Virus record (IMG/VR): IMGVR_UViG_3300032287_003113
Span: 155,880-219,879 of that record
Length of the DNA stretch: 64,000 nt
Direction: 5' to 3' (one strand)
The notes below the pieces were generated by a model, which was not told the DNA's origin, did no database searches, and was given only the letters and a program-made list of their open reading frames with translations. Each line of letters opens with the position of its first letter. The first letter of the stretch is position 1. Shown here one piece after another: positions 10,408 through 19,437 of the stretch. A program made the translations under genes and the position numbers.

Positions 10408-11188
10408 TAGTTTTGTTTTTGGTCACGAATTAAAAGACTGCGGCAAGAACCCTAGTAAAAATACCTTTACGGCTTTATTGGGCGCCGACGTTTGTGTAGC
10501 TCGTGGCGGATACTCCAATAGTGCTATTGCTAGAACAGTGATGTCTGAATGCAGTCGACATCAAGACAATCTTGGCGTTATTGTTAGTTGGACTTTTTCT
10601 AGTAGGTTTGAATTTAGATTTGCCTACAGTACTGGACAAGTTAGCAGCCCCTGGTACAGCATCAATGCCTGGACCATAGAAGATAATTTTGAAAATATCA
10701 AAAGTGAGTTTGTTACAGAAAACGAAGCAATATTTAACAGCCAAGTAGAAACTATAAAACGGGCACAGAGCACAGGGGTACAGGACTTTGCAAAAACATT
10801 TTATAAACATGTGGGCAGTACAGAGTACTGGGAAATATATACTACACTTAAAGAAATTGTATTATTACAAAATTATTTGAAGCTACGCAATATACCTTAT
10901 ATGTTTACCTGTGCTGATAACCAAATTGTAAAAAATTATACTGTAGACAATGCAGACGTACATATTTCTGCATTATACAATCAAATTGATTTTGATCATT
11001 GGTTTTGGTTCCCGCCGGGCACCGGAGCAAATCAAACCGAAACCCCAAGAGGTTTTTATCAGTGGGCCGTGGAGAATAAATACCCAGTAGGCACCACACA
11101 TCCGCTGGAACAAGCACACATAGACGCATCCACGTTGATGCAAGGAAAATTCAATGAATTGGTTACGAAACATTTACAATCGAATTAA
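10385..11188 (+). CDS. SGNH/GDSL-like hydrolase or acyltransferase
   Basis: AGGDSF, GGYSNSAIAR, C-terminal THPLEQAH. Confidence 0.55.
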   Translation: MTIVAGGDSFVFGHELKDCGKNPSKNTFTALLGADVCVARGGYSNSAIARTVMSECSRHQDNLGVIVSWTFSSRFEFRFAYSTGQVSSPWYSINAWTIEDNFENIKSEFVTENEAIFNSQVETIKRAQSTGVQDFAKTFYKHVGSTEYWEIYTTLKEIVLLQNYLKLRNIPYMFTCADNQIVKNYTVDNADVHISALYNQIDFDHWFWFPPGTGANQTETPRGFYQWAVENKYPVGTTHPLEQAHIDASTLMQGKFNELVTKHLQSN

Positions 11189-11255
11189 ACTAGAATTACG
11201 CTATCGCAAGAAGTTAAAAGAGCTTCGTAAACGAGATCCATTTATCTATAAATGA
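11154..11255 (+). CDS. Small basic protein MNWLRNIYNRIKLELRYRKKLKELRKRDPFIYK (33 aa; below ORF-track cutoff)
   Basis: AAGGA SD at 11142-11146, ATG 11154, TGA overlaps next ATG (ATGA); fills the gap 11188-11252. Confidence 0.7.
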   Translation: MNWLRNIYNRIKLELRYRKKLKELRKRDPFIYK

Positions 11256-11896
11256 TTTATTGTATCGGAGACAGTTTTACCTACGGGGAAGAACTTGCTG
11301 ACCGTAATACAGCATGGCCGGCAATATTGGGTAAAAAATTAAATCAACCTGTGACCAATTGGGGCAAACCAGCAACTGGAAACCATCGCATGGTCAAGCG
11401 TACAATGGATGCTGTATTTGCGGGTGCTTCGTTGATTGTCGTTGGTTGGTCAGATCCAGCTAGACAAGAGTTTGCTGATGATATCAGTATTACTGACTTA
11501 TGGGCAGGTAGGGATTATCGTAGAATGCAAACCTGTACTGATCATCGACGTGATTTAATCAAGTATATGACAGCGTATGACGTTCCGGGATATTACTACG
11601 CACAGTGGATACGACAAATCGTTTTAACACAGACTTTTTGTCGTGCAAATGCCGTTCCTTGTGTGATGTTTAGTGCGTGTAATGCTGAAAGTTGGAATAT
11701 TGATTATATAAAAAAACAAAGTCAACACGAGCATTTAACGCGACACGTAGATGTAGACACATACATTGGTTGGCCATATTCAGGATCAACGGAATGGACA
11801 TATGGTACACCGCATGGCCCGGGCGGTCATCCTCTGGAACAGGGTCATGAGATTATAGCAGAAAAAATTTATGAGCATATTAGCCGTCGGGTGTAG
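11252..11896 (+). CDS. SGNH/GDSL-like hydrolase or acyltransferase
   Basis: IGDSFT, GKPATGN, C-terminal GGHPLEQGH. Confidence 0.55.
   Translation: MIYCIGDSFTYGEELADRNTAWPAILGKKLNQPVTNWGKPATGNHRMVKRTMDAVFAGASLIVVGWSDPARQEFADDISITDLWAGRDYRRMQTCTDHRRDLIKYMTAYDVPGYYYAQWIRQIVLTQTFCRANAVPCVMFSACNAESWNIDYIKKQSQHEHLTRHVDVDTYIGWPYSGSTEWTYGTPHGPGGHPLEQGHEIIAEKIYEHISRRV
11855..11883 (+). repeat. 29-nt dual-coding junction repeat, copy 1
   Basis: ATAGCAGAAAAAATTTATGAGCATATTAG; 27/29 identical to 12471..12499. Confidence 0.85.
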
Positions 11897-12521
11897 TTTT
11901 ACAGCAGGTGCAGAATTACCCAATCCTGCAGAATCTGCTTGGCCCAACCTAATAGGAAAATTAAATAATCGTCCAGTAAAAAATTTGGGACTTGGCGGCG
12001 CATCCAATGATCGTACATTTAGATTGGTTATAGAGGAAACTGCTCAACAACGATTTGATTTGGTTGTTATACAGTGGACTGAACCTAGTCGTATGGAAAT
12101 ATGGAATGCCCGCCGCCGCAATACCATGGATGTAAATATAGGAAAGTTGCATTCAAACATGTTTGAGATGTCTTGGCTCGATACTTACTATTGCAATCAC
12201 TACGATGATTTCCACGCTCATCGTAAATGGGCCGCACAGATATTGTCCTTGCAAGGATATTTAAAATCAATCGATCAGCCCTATGTTATGGTCAGTTTAA
12301 ATGGACTTGATCAAAGACTTTACACGGGTGCATGGAGTAGTGTAAAATACTTGTGGGACGGTGTTGACACCATGCATTACCCAGGTTGGCCGTTTGAGGG
12401 AATTTATATGTGGCAAGGTGATTGTCCTAGAGCTCCCGGCGGGCATCCATTGGAGCTGGGACACAAAAGAATAGCAGAAAAAATAAATGAGCATATTAGG
12501 AATCTCGGCTGGCTTCCATGA
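11871..12521 (+). CDS. SGNH/GDSL-like hydrolase or acyltransferase (tandem paralog of 11252..11896)
   Basis: VGCSFT, GLGGASN, C-terminal GGHPLELGH. Confidence 0.55.
   Translation: MSILAVGCSFTAGAELPNPAESAWPNLIGKLNNRPVKNLGLGGASNDRTFRLVIEETAQQRFDLVVIQWTEPSRMEIWNARRRNTMDVNIGKLHSNMFEMSWLDTYYCNHYDDFHAHRKWAAQILSLQGYLKSIDQPYVMVSLNGLDQRLYTGAWSSVKYLWDGVDTMHYPGWPFEGIYMWQGDCPRAPGGHPLELGHKRIAEKINEHIRNLGWLP
12471..12499 (+). repeat. 29-nt dual-coding junction repeat, copy 2
   Basis: ATAGCAGAAAAAATAAATGAGCATATTAG. Confidence 0.85.
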
Positions 12522-13968
12522 CGCCGCCATTTCGTTAATTAACTCCGATGGAGAAATAGTATTTGCTGGGCATTCAGAACGCTACAGCAAACGTAAGAAC
12601 GATCCAAATCTTTGTATTAGCCTATTAGAAGAGATATGCGATTACCCCATTGATACTATCGCATACTATGAACGACCCTGGAACAAACAATTACGTCAAT
12701 TGTACAGTGGGCAAGGAATAGAGTGGAACAAACTTTTTGTTAAACAAATTGTTCGGGATCAATTGCATGGCTGGTTGGCGCATCCTCCTAAAAACATAAA
12801 AACTTATAATCATCATTTGAGTCACGCCGCAGCAGGATTCCAAACAAGTGTGTTTGACAAAGCCACAGTGGTAGTAATTGATGCCATTGGGGAATGGGAC
12901 ACTATTAGTATTTGGGGTGCTCACTATGTGGATGGTCAGGCCAAATATCACAGACTGTGGGGACAGCGGTATCCACATAGTGTTGGACTGTTTTATTCAG
13001 CAATGACTCAGCGTGTGGGACTAAAACCCAACGAAGAAGAGTACATATTAATGGGCATGAGTGCATATGGCAAAGATAATGTTGCTGACGTTATAAAAAA
13101 TGCTGTAATTAACAATGAGTGGGATTTGACTTTTAAACAAAATTTACACACTGGCGTTGACACGGAGTTTTTACGTGGAATCTCAGACATGGATATTGCC
13201 ACATCTAGCCAGGCTTTTACAGAAAATCTGATATATAATGTTATGCGTCGAGCCAAAGACTTTGGCTGGAGCAGAAATTTGGTTTACATGGGCGGAGTTG
13301 CCCTAAATTGTTTAGCTAATCGTAATCTTGGTGATTATTTTGAAAAAATTTGGATCATGCCTAATCCTGGTGACGCTGGTAGCAGTCTTGGCGCCGCTGC
13401 CCTTGCCTACGGTAAAAGAATTGACTTCAACAACGCATACCTTGGTCACTGCATTAGCGGCGACTATCCCGTCAATGCCATCCTTGATTGTTTACTCCAC
13501 GATAAAATCGTTGGAGTTGCTTCCGGCCGAGCCGAATTTGGACCTCGTGCCCTTGGGAACAGAAGTCTCCTCGCCGATCCGCGTGGATCAGATATAAAAG
13601 ATCGTGTCAACCAAATCAAACGTCGTCAAAAGTTTAGGCCATTTGCGCCGGTTATCTTGGCTGAGCAAGCTGAGTTATTTTTTGATATGCCCCGTGGTTT
13701 CAGTGATAGTCCATATATGCAGTCAGTCGCCCATTGCCGGCATCCTGACACTTACCCTGCTATTGTGCATCACGACGGCACTAGCCGAGTACAAACGGTT
13801 ACAGATAATGGCTCAGGCATTAGAGAACTCCTAGAAAAATGGTATGTAATGACCGGCTGTCCCATGTTGCTCAACACCAGTCTCAACATTAGAGGTGAAC
13901 CCATGGTCAACGATCGTGCCGACGCAGATAGATTTGAACACTTATATGGAGTACGTGTATGCTCGTGA
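12487..13968 (+). CDS. Carbamoyltransferase, NodU/CmcH family
   Basis: GISAGFHDAA, ERYSKRK, HHLSHAA, DAIGE, GGVALNC, GDAGSSLGAA, EFGPRALGNRS, RPFAP, LNTSLN. Confidence 0.9.
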   Translation: MSILGISAGFHDAAISLINSDGEIVFAGHSERYSKRKNDPNLCISLLEEICDYPIDTIAYYERPWNKQLRQLYSGQGIEWNKLFVKQIVRDQLHGWLAHPPKNIKTYNHHLSHAAAGFQTSVFDKATVVVIDAIGEWDTISIWGAHYVDGQAKYHRLWGQRYPHSVGLFYSAMTQRVGLKPNEEEYILMGMSAYGKDNVADVIKNAVINNEWDLTFKQNLHTGVDTEFLRGISDMDIATSSQAFTENLIYNVMRRAKDFGWSRNLVYMGGVALNCLANRNLGDYFEKIWIMPNPGDAGSSLGAAALAYGKRIDFNNAYLGHCISGDYPVNAILDCLLHDKIVGVASGRAEFGPRALGNRSLLADPRGSDIKDRVNQIKRRQKFRPFAPVILAEQAELFFDMPRGFSDSPYMQSVAHCRHPDTYPAIVHHDGTSRVQTVTDNGSGIRELLEKWYVMTGCPMLLNTSLNIRGEPMVNDRADADRFEHLYGVRVCS

Positions 13969-14501
13969 AAATTACAGAAAACTTTTATCAACTCATTGAC
14001 GTATTTAACCCCAATTTATATCAACATTTAGCAAACGCTTTTAACCAAGATCGGTCCGCCTGGGCACAAATAAGTGACGAGAGCACAGATGTAAAACGTC
14101 AACAGCTAAGTTTATCTGTTAACGATTACCTTGGACAACAGATCAATGAAGAATTAAGAAAATATGTTAGAACAGCCGAGCCACGTGTTGGACCACTGTA
14201 TCAAAACGGTCCACAACTATGGTATGACAACAACGGTTATATCAACACCATACATGATGGTGATGTCAGTCCCAATCATTGTGTTAACGTACAAGTGTAT
14301 CTCAGTGATGGAGATGAACGTATGGGAACCTGTTGCTATGACGAAGGCGAATGGCACAGCGTACCGTATCGAGCCAACTCAGGATACATGCTGATAGGTC
14401 CTACTCGTATACCGCATGGTATGCAACATCCAGTAACCAATCACAGAATGAGTTTATATCAGGGATTTAGAAACACCGAAGTACCGTCAGATATTTGGTA
14501 A
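13959..14501 (+). CDS. 2OG-Fe(II) oxygenase-like protein
   Basis: IHDGD...VQVYL...PYRANSGY...PHG pattern typical of the DSBH fold; first motif is an atypical HxxD. Confidence 0.45.
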   Translation: MLVKITENFYQLIDVFNPNLYQHLANAFNQDRSAWAQISDESTDVKRQQLSLSVNDYLGQQINEELRKYVRTAEPRVGPLYQNGPQLWYDNNGYINTIHDGDVSPNHCVNVQVYLSDGDERMGTCCYDEGEWHSVPYRANSGYMLIGPTRIPHGMQHPVTNHRMSLYQGFRNTEVPSDIW

Positions 14502-14512
14502 AGGAAAACAAA

Positions 14513-15352
14513 ATGACACAACGTATTTTAATTATGGGCCTGCCGGGTGCAGGTAAAACAACCTTGGCTGGTGCTCTTAAAAAGTATTTGGAACAGTACG
14601 GAACAATGAGTATGTATTCTGCTGAACAACTTCCAGTAACCGGGTTTGATGCTAAGGTAACTTGGTTTAATGCTGACGATATTCGTCGTAAGTACAACGA
14701 CTGGGATTTTAGCAATGAAGGACGCATCCGCCAAAGCCTACGTATGTTTCAGTTTAGTATAGAAGCCGGTGGAGAATATGTGATCTGTGACTTTGTTGCA
14801 CCGCTAGTAGAAATGCGTAACAACTTCAAAGCTGATTGGACCATTTGGGTAGATACTATACGTGAAGGTCGTTATGCTGACACCAATGCGGCCTTTGTTG
14901 AGCCTGACGTGTATGACTTCCGTGTCACAGAACAAAACGCAGAAAAATGGGCTGAGTTTATTGGATCGCATATTATTGATAATCGCCGCAGGCCCACGTT
15001 TGATTGGCGGAAAGAAACTGTACAAATGTTAGGACGTTGGCAACCTTGGCACGATGGACACCGTGCTTTGTTTGAGCGTCTAATACAACGCACAGGACAA
15101 GTAGTCATACAAATACGTGACGTACAAGGTTGGCAAGGATCAAATCCATTTGAAGTAGAAAAGGTTAAAGGCTTTATTCGTCGCGACCTAGATCCAATCT
15201 ATCAAGGACAATATGAAATACAAGTGGTACCTAATATTGTACACATTGGTTGGGGTCGTGGAGTAGGATATACCAGTGGTGAAGAAACATTTGATGAAGC
15301 TGTCACAGACATCAGTGCCACAAAGATTCGTCGAGAACTAGGACTCAAGTGA
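14513..15352 (+). CDS. Adenylylsulfate kinase-like P-loop kinase fused to an HxGH nucleotidyltransferase domain
   Basis: GLPGAGKT Walker A, NADDIR, DFSNEGRIRQ, DFVAP; C-terminal GRWQPWHDGH; start moved to ATG 14513 (AAGGA SD). Confidence 0.7.
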   Translation: MTQRILIMGLPGAGKTTLAGALKKYLEQYGTMSMYSAEQLPVTGFDAKVTWFNADDIRRKYNDWDFSNEGRIRQSLRMFQFSIEAGGEYVICDFVAPLVEMRNNFKADWTIWVDTIREGRYADTNAAFVEPDVYDFRVTEQNAEKWAEFIGSHIIDNRRRPTFDWRKETVQMLGRWQPWHDGHRALFERLIQRTGQVVIQIRDVQGWQGSNPFEVEKVKGFIRRDLDPIYQGQYEIQVVPNIVHIGWGRGVGYTSGEETFDEAVTDISATKIRRELGLK

Positions 15353-16516
15353 GATAGGTATAGGCAAGCCAGTTCTGACATCTAGGCGATATGGGGGTAT
15401 GCGTTGAAACGCACGATCTATCGCTGTAATAGACCGAATCAAATGATCCCATTCACGCTTGATAAACGCCGGATCATTAAATAATTGATAGTTGTGTTCT
15501 AAGACGGGTTGCATGTCTAGCAACATGGTCATTTGTTGTTCTGTGCTTAATTCGCTAACAGTTTTTATTACTTGAGCAATAGCTTCAATACGTATTACAG
15601 GATCTTCTATTGCATCGTAACTTTCATCCCAGTAGTCACCAAATGTACGAAAGCCATAACTACGCAAATACTCTAAGTTATGGGCACAACCAGCAAGTAC
15701 GAATGGCATACGAAGTACAATAGGTTTAAATATCTTTTCTGTCAAGTGTGTTTTTGTTTGAAAGAAACAGGTTTCCGTTACCAAGAATACAAAACTTTTC
15801 ATCAACTCAGTCATAGGACTTAACAACATACTTTGATTGGGAATGTTTTGTCCAGCAAAATCTATACGCAACTCTGGTATCTGTTTTATGTTAGCAATGG
15901 CCTCGTTGATGTATGCTGGATCAAATTCATATTCGGGAACACCTCGGCGTAGGTTATCATCAAACGCACCGTCGTCGGGGCAATGGTGACTGTAACTTAC
16001 ATATCCTGAATCAAGCAAATTGTTTTTGTATAATTCGTTTACCAACAGGCTACGATAGATACGACGGTTACTGGTCAGTCGATTAAAAGATATATAAGTT
16101 TTTTCTAAGGTACGTTCGTGTGGTAGTTGTAAACCAGGAAGCATTTGGTGTCCTCGGAACCAATCGTGGGCAGCAAAAATATGAAAGAAGTAATTGATAT
16201 GCAGGAATGGAAATTCTTCACAGATGCGTTTGGCTTCGTCACTGTCACGTTCAGTGGATACAAGAATAAATGGTTTTTGCTCAAGACCGGTGATGGCTTC
16301 AAACACAGGACGATTGTAATCTAAATCCAACGGCTCTTGATCATAAAAGATAAACAATGGCCCGCGAAATTTACCTGCATCTTCGTCATTGCGTCGAAAT
16401 TCAAGATTTTCTGGTAGAGTTGATCCAAAAGGATGTAGGTAAACTACCCTGGGATCTGTTATAATAGTTTGTAGGTGTTGGAATATATTTTCGTAATGAC
16501 TGGATAAGTTATACAT
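15338..16516 (-). CDS. GT10-like glycosyltransferase domain protein
   Basis: FLVTET...LTEKIFKPI...PF...LRSYGFRTF..YWDESYD; paralog of 35..1081. Confidence 0.45.
   Translation of the reverse strand: MYNLSSHYENIFQHLQTIITDPRVVYLHPFGSTLPENLEFRRNDEDAGKFRGPLFIFYDQEPLDLDYNRPVFEAITGLEQKPFILVSTERDSDEAKRICEEFPFLHINYFFHIFAAHDWFRGHQMLPGLQLPHERTLEKTYISFNRLTSNRRIYRSLLVNELYKNNLLDSGYVSYSHHCPDDGAFDDNLRRGVPEYEFDPAYINEAIANIKQIPELRIDFAGQNIPNQSMLLSPMTELMKSFVFLVTETCFFQTKTHLTEKIFKPIVLRMPFVLAGCAHNLEYLRSYGFRTFGDYWDESYDAIEDPVIRIEAIAQVIKTVSELSTEQQMTMLLDMQPVLEHNYQLFNDPAFIKREWDHLIRSITAIDRAFQRIPPYRLDVRTGLPIPISLES
16457..16465 (+). promoter_or_regulatory. Extended -10 promoter candidate (TGnTATAAT) for 16515..18347, inside the antisense gene
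   Basis: TGTTATAAT 50 nt upstream of the ATG; no -35 at 17 bp. Confidence 0.35.
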
Positions 16517-18347
16517 GTTTGATGTTTTTTACTTTGGCGATAAACCGGGCTTGTTTGCTTTTGAACAACCTGCGACTAGTCTCAAAGATGCCGCTGATAA
16601 ATGTAAGACTACACACTACTGGTATATTTATGGGGGCAATGATTACACCGGCTTCGACTTTGAATACGTACCGGTACCTTGGGAAACCACGCACTTGCAT
16701 GTATGGCCTAGCCAGCATCAACGCAATGGCGAAGTGTATCTAGCCAATCGACGTACAGCACACAATCAAGAATGGCACTTCCATACAGAACAGAGTGTTG
16801 TCCGTAAGCCCGATCGCGGCATATGGCGTGTACCCGACAACATAGACGACACAGACTTTGATTATTCATGGCATCCTGATCGTACCGAACCTGACTACGA
16901 ATATCGATTTCCCACACAGTGGCAACGTGAAGGTGGTCCTGTGTATCCAGGCTCAGCCGGCGTCAAGTACATGACTGACCAACGCATACGTGCAGGCGCC
17001 ACACAAATATTCTACATGGACTTTATGAATGGTGGTATAGCACGTCATCAATTTGATTTGTTAAAATTAGATCACCCTGATATCAAGCGAACAAGATATG
17101 TGGACAACCACCTCAACGTGTTCAAGCGTATTATGAACATGGCCACCACAGAATACGTATGGATCATCAGTAGCATCTGCGACTATACGCAATTTGATTT
17201 TACCTGGCACCCCAGCGAAGCACAGCGTGAAATGATCCACTGCTTTCCCACAGGCAACCAACGACGTGGCGACACATTTTACATACACGTTCCCAGTTTC
17301 ACTCGGCAGATGTTTGAGTTAGAGCTGTTGGATTGGTTCAATGTTATCAACTACTCAGATGATCAACAGGTAGAACGTTTTGGTATGCCGGTACACCAAT
17401 ACTCAACCGACGATCTAGTAACCGAAATCAAAAACTACAAGTTCGAAACTCCCTATGTGATGTTCACTAATCAAAAGGACCTGGTGTTACATGATAGCCC
17501 TTGTTTATGGACCAAGAAAGACCGTACAGTGGTTCGTATTAGCACAGCAGGTGCTACTGCGATAGTGCCTCGAGATATCAAGGAGGATTTACGCACACAA
17601 ATCTACGATTATCCTTACATTGAGGACACGAAACCCAGGTTAAACGACTACTTAGGAGGCCGTGATTGTCTCGACATAGTCTATATCAGCAACGGTGAAC
17701 CGGACGAAGAACGTTGGTATGATCATCTGTGCTATATGAGCAATACCCGAGCAAAATGGGTTAGAGGAGTTGATGGTAGAACAGCCGCTTATCAAGAAGC
17801 TGCACGTCAAAGTTCTACACCCTGGTTTTTTGCTGTGTTTGCCAAATTAGAAGTGTTGGGCAATCAGTTTCCTTGGGACTCCTGGTTACCAGACTACTTC
17901 CAAGAGCCCAAACATTATATTTTTAATAGTCGTAATCCTGTAAACGGCTTAGAGTATGGGCACCAAGGTGTCATTGCTTACAACAAGCGATTGGTGTTAG
18001 AGAATAACGCACCTGGCATAGACTTTACACTAAGCCAACCACACGAAAGTGTTCCTATCCTGTCAGGTACAGCACACTACAATCAAAGTGAGTGGATGAC
18101 TTGGCGTACCGCTTTCCGTGAAGTGGTCAAACTACGACACTTTATGGACATACAACCTACTGTGGAAACAGAACATAGACTCGCGACATGGTTGACGGTT
18201 GCCGAAGGTGATTTTGCTGAGTGGAGTATACGTGGCGCAGAAGATGCTGTGGCTTACTATACAGAAGTTGGCGGAGACTACGAACAGTTAAAACTCAGCT
18301 TTGAATGGGCTTGGCTAAGAGAACGATTTAATTCAAGTAAGCCGTAA
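16515..18347 (+). CDS. Glycosyltransferase-A-like protein with three degenerate internal repeats
   Basis: Repeated units D(V/I)FY...A..(C/A/S).T..(Y/V/F)W/F...D(Y/F)..FDF.(Y/W).P; last unit DIVYISNGE..VRGVDG..AAYQEAA; DxD replaced by FAK. Confidence 0.45.
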   Translation: MFDVFYFGDKPGLFAFEQPATSLKDAADKCKTTHYWYIYGGNDYTGFDFEYVPVPWETTHLHVWPSQHQRNGEVYLANRRTAHNQEWHFHTEQSVVRKPDRGIWRVPDNIDDTDFDYSWHPDRTEPDYEYRFPTQWQREGGPVYPGSAGVKYMTDQRIRAGATQIFYMDFMNGGIARHQFDLLKLDHPDIKRTRYVDNHLNVFKRIMNMATTEYVWIISSICDYTQFDFTWHPSEAQREMIHCFPTGNQRRGDTFYIHVPSFTRQMFELELLDWFNVINYSDDQQVERFGMPVHQYSTDDLVTEIKNYKFETPYVMFTNQKDLVLHDSPCLWTKKDRTVVRISTAGATAIVPRDIKEDLRTQIYDYPYIEDTKPRLNDYLGGRDCLDIVYISNGEPDEERWYDHLCYMSNTRAKWVRGVDGRTAAYQEAARQSSTPWFFAVFAKLEVLGNQFPWDSWLPDYFQEPKHYIFNSRNPVNGLEYGHQGVIAYNKRLVLENNAPGIDFTLSQPHESVPILSGTAHYNQSEWMTWRTAFREVVKLRHFMDIQPTVETEHRLATWLTVAEGDFAEWSIRGAEDAVAYYTEVGGDYEQLKLSFEWAWLRERFNSSKP

Positions 18348-19437
18348 TACTATCAATTACAAGTTCTACTTCGGTGTCTGTCATTTCGGGATAGATAGGT
18401 AAACTCAATGCTTCTTTGCTGTGTGCTGTACTACCACGCATGATATCTCTAGCATAATCCACATAATCCCAACCCACTGGATGTTCAAATAAAGGTTGTT
18501 CGTAGTGTATTTTAGTTTCAATGCCTTTGCTGGCCAACATGCCTTGCATGGCACTACGTGATCCTGTGCGAATAACAAACTTGTGCCAAGCGTGTTCTAC
18601 ATCCGGATTGGGCAATAGTACATCCACCCAGTCAGTTAAGTTTTCTATATACAAGTCGGCTATTTCTTGTCTACGTCGTTGCCATGAGTCAAAGTACTTT
18701 AACTTGACCAACATTTGAGCACAGTCAGCATCACTCATCTTGCTGTTGGTACCGGCATGGTCGTGATTCAATACCTTGCCATTGTCTCTGAGAGCCAGAG
18801 CAAATTGATAGATGTCGTAATCGTCTGTGAGTATCATGCCGCCTGAACCATAGTTGTTTAGATTCTTTGTGGGATCAAAACTCAGTACGCTGACATCGCC
18901 TAATTTGCCTGATGGGATACCGTTATAGCTAGCACCAAAACTTTGTGCGGCGTCTTCGATAATCTTGACATCTTCGTTGAAGAATTTGGTAACATTTAAT
19001 AGTCGATCGTAGTCTAATACATTACCAAACATGTTGACATACATGACAGTATCTACATGTCCATCTAGGGCATAATCAATAGTTTCTATATCTAATAGAG
19101 CATTGTGATCTACATCGCAGTACACAGGTTCGTTACCGGCCATTAGCACAGAGTTAAGTGTGGCAACAAAACTAATGCCAGGAATCATGATCTTTTCTAT
19201 GCCTTTACTGCGAGCGGTGGCCAACTGAGCAAAGACCAAGGCCTGTGTTCCGGAGTTAACTGCCACACTATACTGACGCATACAACGTGCAGCCATTTGG
19301 CGTTCAAACATCTGTGTGTAAGGACCATCTAGCACTTGCCCCGTACGATATGCACGGTCACTGGCATCAAGAATCTCGTCTCGGAGCAGTTGGTATTGAC
19401 GAGCTACGCCATTAAACGGTACGTCGTAGCCACTCAT
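18328..19437 (-). CDS. DegT/DnrJ/EryC1/StrS PLP-dependent sugar aminotransferase
   Basis: VNSGTQAL, IEDAAQSFGA, SFDPTKNL (PLP Lys), GGMI, LSLPIYP; start moved to ATG 19437. Confidence 0.9.
   Translation of the reverse strand: MSGYDVPFNGVARQYQLLRDEILDASDRAYRTGQVLDGPYTQMFERQMAARCMRQYSVAVNSGTQALVFAQLATARSKGIEKIMIPGISFVATLNSVLMAGNEPVYCDVDHNALLDIETIDYALDGHVDTVMYVNMFGNVLDYDRLLNVTKFFNEDVKIIEDAAQSFGASYNGIPSGKLGDVSVLSFDPTKNLNNYGSGGMILTDDYDIYQFALALRDNGKVLNHDHAGTNSKMSDADCAQMLVKLKYFDSWQRRRQEIADLYIENLTDWVDVLLPNPDVEHAWHKFVIRTGSRSAMQGMLASKGIETKIHYEQPLFEHPVGWDYVDYARDIMRGSTAHSKEALSLPIYPEMTDTEVELVIDSITAYLN

Noticed and set aside
2788-11255. Classical RiPP (ranthipeptide/sactipeptide) cluster
   Set aside because: No RRE/PqqD domain, peptidase-transporter or Cys-rich precursor near the array; context points to sugar chemistry, so the peptide idea is kept only as a low-ranked finding
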